Source: an uncultured Gammaproteobacteria bacterium
GTDB taxonomy: Bacteria; Pseudomonadota; Gammaproteobacteria; UBA9214
Direction of reading: 5' to 3'
Assembly: GCA_963827755.1 (NCBI GenBank)
Contig: CAWHCQ010000004.1
Span: forward strand, 32,001-96,000
DNA length: 64,000 bases
Of this stretch, positions 62,535 through 64,000 are shown in pieces. The notes below the pieces were generated by a model. It was not told the DNA's origin, ran no database searches, and saw only the letters and a program-made list of their open reading frames with translations. The translations under genes were made by a program, and so were the position numbers. Numbering within the stretch: position 1 is the stretch's first letter; each line of letters begins with the position of its first letter.

Positions 62535-62849
62535 TTAACTTATAAGCGTTTCATTGGAATTACTTTCTCCCCTGTTGTCAATCCAGATGACCTTGATCGT
62601 GTCACCAATCTTGCCATCCAGCAGCCAGAACGACAGATAGGGAGTTTCCGCTATACCTTTTCCCCAATTGGCAGACATAACGACCCTTCCATTATGTTCA
62701 CAGAGAATTCTCTGAATATAGTGCTCCGGTATAAGTATGCCCGTTAGTTTATCCTTACGCCGGCCTGTTTCCATTGGGTGATTGAACAGCATCTTGATTT
62801 GATGCTGTCCTTTTTTCAGTCGGGCTTTAATTTTAACTGAGTTAGTCAT
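62535..62849 (-). CDS. soxZ: second SoxZ-like protein
   Basis: HPMETGRRKD, IPEHYI, PYLSF, WIDNRG. AGAGGA RBS before ATG 62849. Confidence 0.9.
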   Translation of the reverse strand: MTNSVKIKARLKKGQHQIKMLFNHPMETGRRKDKLTGILIPEHYIQRILCEHNGRVVMSANWGKGIAETPYLSFWLLDGKIGDTIKVIWIDNRGESNSNETLIS

Positions 62850-62875
62850 ATCCTCTGTAACCTGGGTGCTGTTAG

Positions 62876-63343
62876 TCAACCGCCACAGCCTCCGGCTGTT
62901 ATCTTGGTTTTCTTCCTTGCACTGTATAACCTGCCATCAGCCTTTACTATGACTACAACATGGGTTGTTTCAGCCAGCCTAATACGTGTGTTCAAGCGGT
63001 TGGCTATCATGTCGGTCATTTCGAAGCTGGCCAATAGTGGAATGGGATTCTTTTCAGAAAACAGACTAATCGATTCAACATTATCGAACCCGTCTGCTCG
63101 AACATTTATTGGTACGTTGGCAGCGTTCTCGGAAACCTCGCCTAACTCGATCTCGATGAGTTCACTTGGTTCTGCATCGGAAGCACCCAAAAGTCTGGTC
63201 ATTGCATCCTGTAAGGACTCGGTAGTAAAGGCAGTCTCCGGCCATGTGGCGATGACTTCCCGCGGTATCAGAAGCCCCTTGCTCGCCGCTAATAGGGGCG
63301 CACCTGATGCCAGAGCAGAAATTAGAAAGAGCCGTCGTTTCAT
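62876..63343 (-). CDS. soxY: second SoxY-like protein
   Basis: Tat KRRLFL, SENAANVP, EKNPIP, C-terminal KITAGGCGG. Confidence 0.9.
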   Translation of the reverse strand: MKRRLFLISALASGAPLLAASKGLLIPREVIATWPETAFTTESLQDAMTRLLGASDAEPSELIEIELGEVSENAANVPINVRADGFDNVESISLFSEKNPIPLLASFEMTDMIANRLNTRIRLAETTHVVVIVKADGRLYSARKKTKITAGGCGG

Positions 63344-63400
63344 TCGCTAACCCTATGGTTATTAAATACAGGACAGTAAGTACAATCTATGTACTGTTAC

Positions 63401-63745
63401 TCAGCAACCATCACCCTCGACCATAACTTCACCGGTTACATTGTCATGCTTGGCGTTGCCTTCATCATCGGTGACGATTGTCCTGACAAACATCATTGAT
63501 TCAATGCGGTCAAACTGGGTATCCATTGCCTTCGCGATCTGCTTATCAGTCAACCCATCATAGATCATGATGCGACCGCGCTGTTCCAGCTTTAGTTGAT
63601 TATCCGGCGGGTTGAACAGCAGCTTTTCCTGCCAGTCTCCGGCGGCGGCCGGTGGTACGGCAGTACATCCGGCAGTACACAGTAGTGTGGTGATGCCAGT
63701 AGCCAGTACCAGCGTCTGCAGGGTATGAGTCAGAGTGTTTTTCAT
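63401..63745 (-). CDS. exported hypothetical (lipo)protein ending in Cys
   Basis: GGAG RBS, signal with TAGC, IYDGL...AMD.QFDRIESMMFV, ends EGDGC*. Confidence 0.75.
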   Translation of the reverse strand: MKNTLTHTLQTLVLATGITTLLCTAGCTAVPPAAAGDWQEKLLFNPPDNQLKLEQRGRIMIYDGLTDKQIAKAMDTQFDRIESMMFVRTIVTDDEGNAKHDNVTGEVMVEGDGC

Positions 63746-64000
63746 GTCACTCCGACTATGATCAGTTTATGGTTAATCGAAAACATTGTAGACACCCTTA
63801 AATTGTTTGTTAGTGTATATATATTCAAGCTTTTAGCTTGTTCGAGAATCAATGGTGTCAGCAAACTCAGCGTACACCGCCAACCCGCCCCGCGCATCGG
63901 GGCGCTCCCCCATTTTAGGGGTGGGGGATTCCCCCATGGCAGCCAATGCGACTACTCGGAATCGAGCCCGGCCCGCATCTTCGGACTCACGTACGTCTCC

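Overview
64 kb of chromosome from a GC-rich sulfur-oxidising Gammaproteobacterium (inferred from sox genes and housekeeping gene order). 1-8.1 kb: the 3' part of a co-oriented operon of unknown function. It joins sulfur-relay parts (YeeE/YedE, TusA-like, DsrE/F/H-like trio) to tailoring enzymes (FAD oxidoreductase, B12 radical SAM, GT2 glycosyltransferase, SPASM radical SAM), with two small paralogous membrane proteins and a USP. 8-20 kb: orphan TAXI binding protein, MBL-REC-GAF fusion, MASE1-PAS-GGDEF-EAL, RND pair, HupE/UreJ. 20-33 kb: soxB, soxK-X-Y-Z-A (no soxCD in the window), bepA, tusA, two divergent FadL-type porins, regBA, LysR. 33-55.5 kb: core genes (bcp, gcvR, dapA, bamC, purL, ettA, glyA, nrdR, rib genes, nusB, thiL, pgpA) with REP elements. 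55.5-64 kb: a more AT-rich accessory island with a MITE-like element, two VPLPA-CTERM genes, CBS, an IS91/ISCR remnant, PDZ, ceramidase-like gene and a second soxYZ module. Its intergenic spacers hold about 15 copies of a degenerate ~30-bp hairpin, giving a cassette-like layout. Many frameshifts, including in purL, ribD and thiL, point to indel errors in the assembly. No rRNA, tRNA or CRISPR array seen. All calls are by eye; no searches were run.
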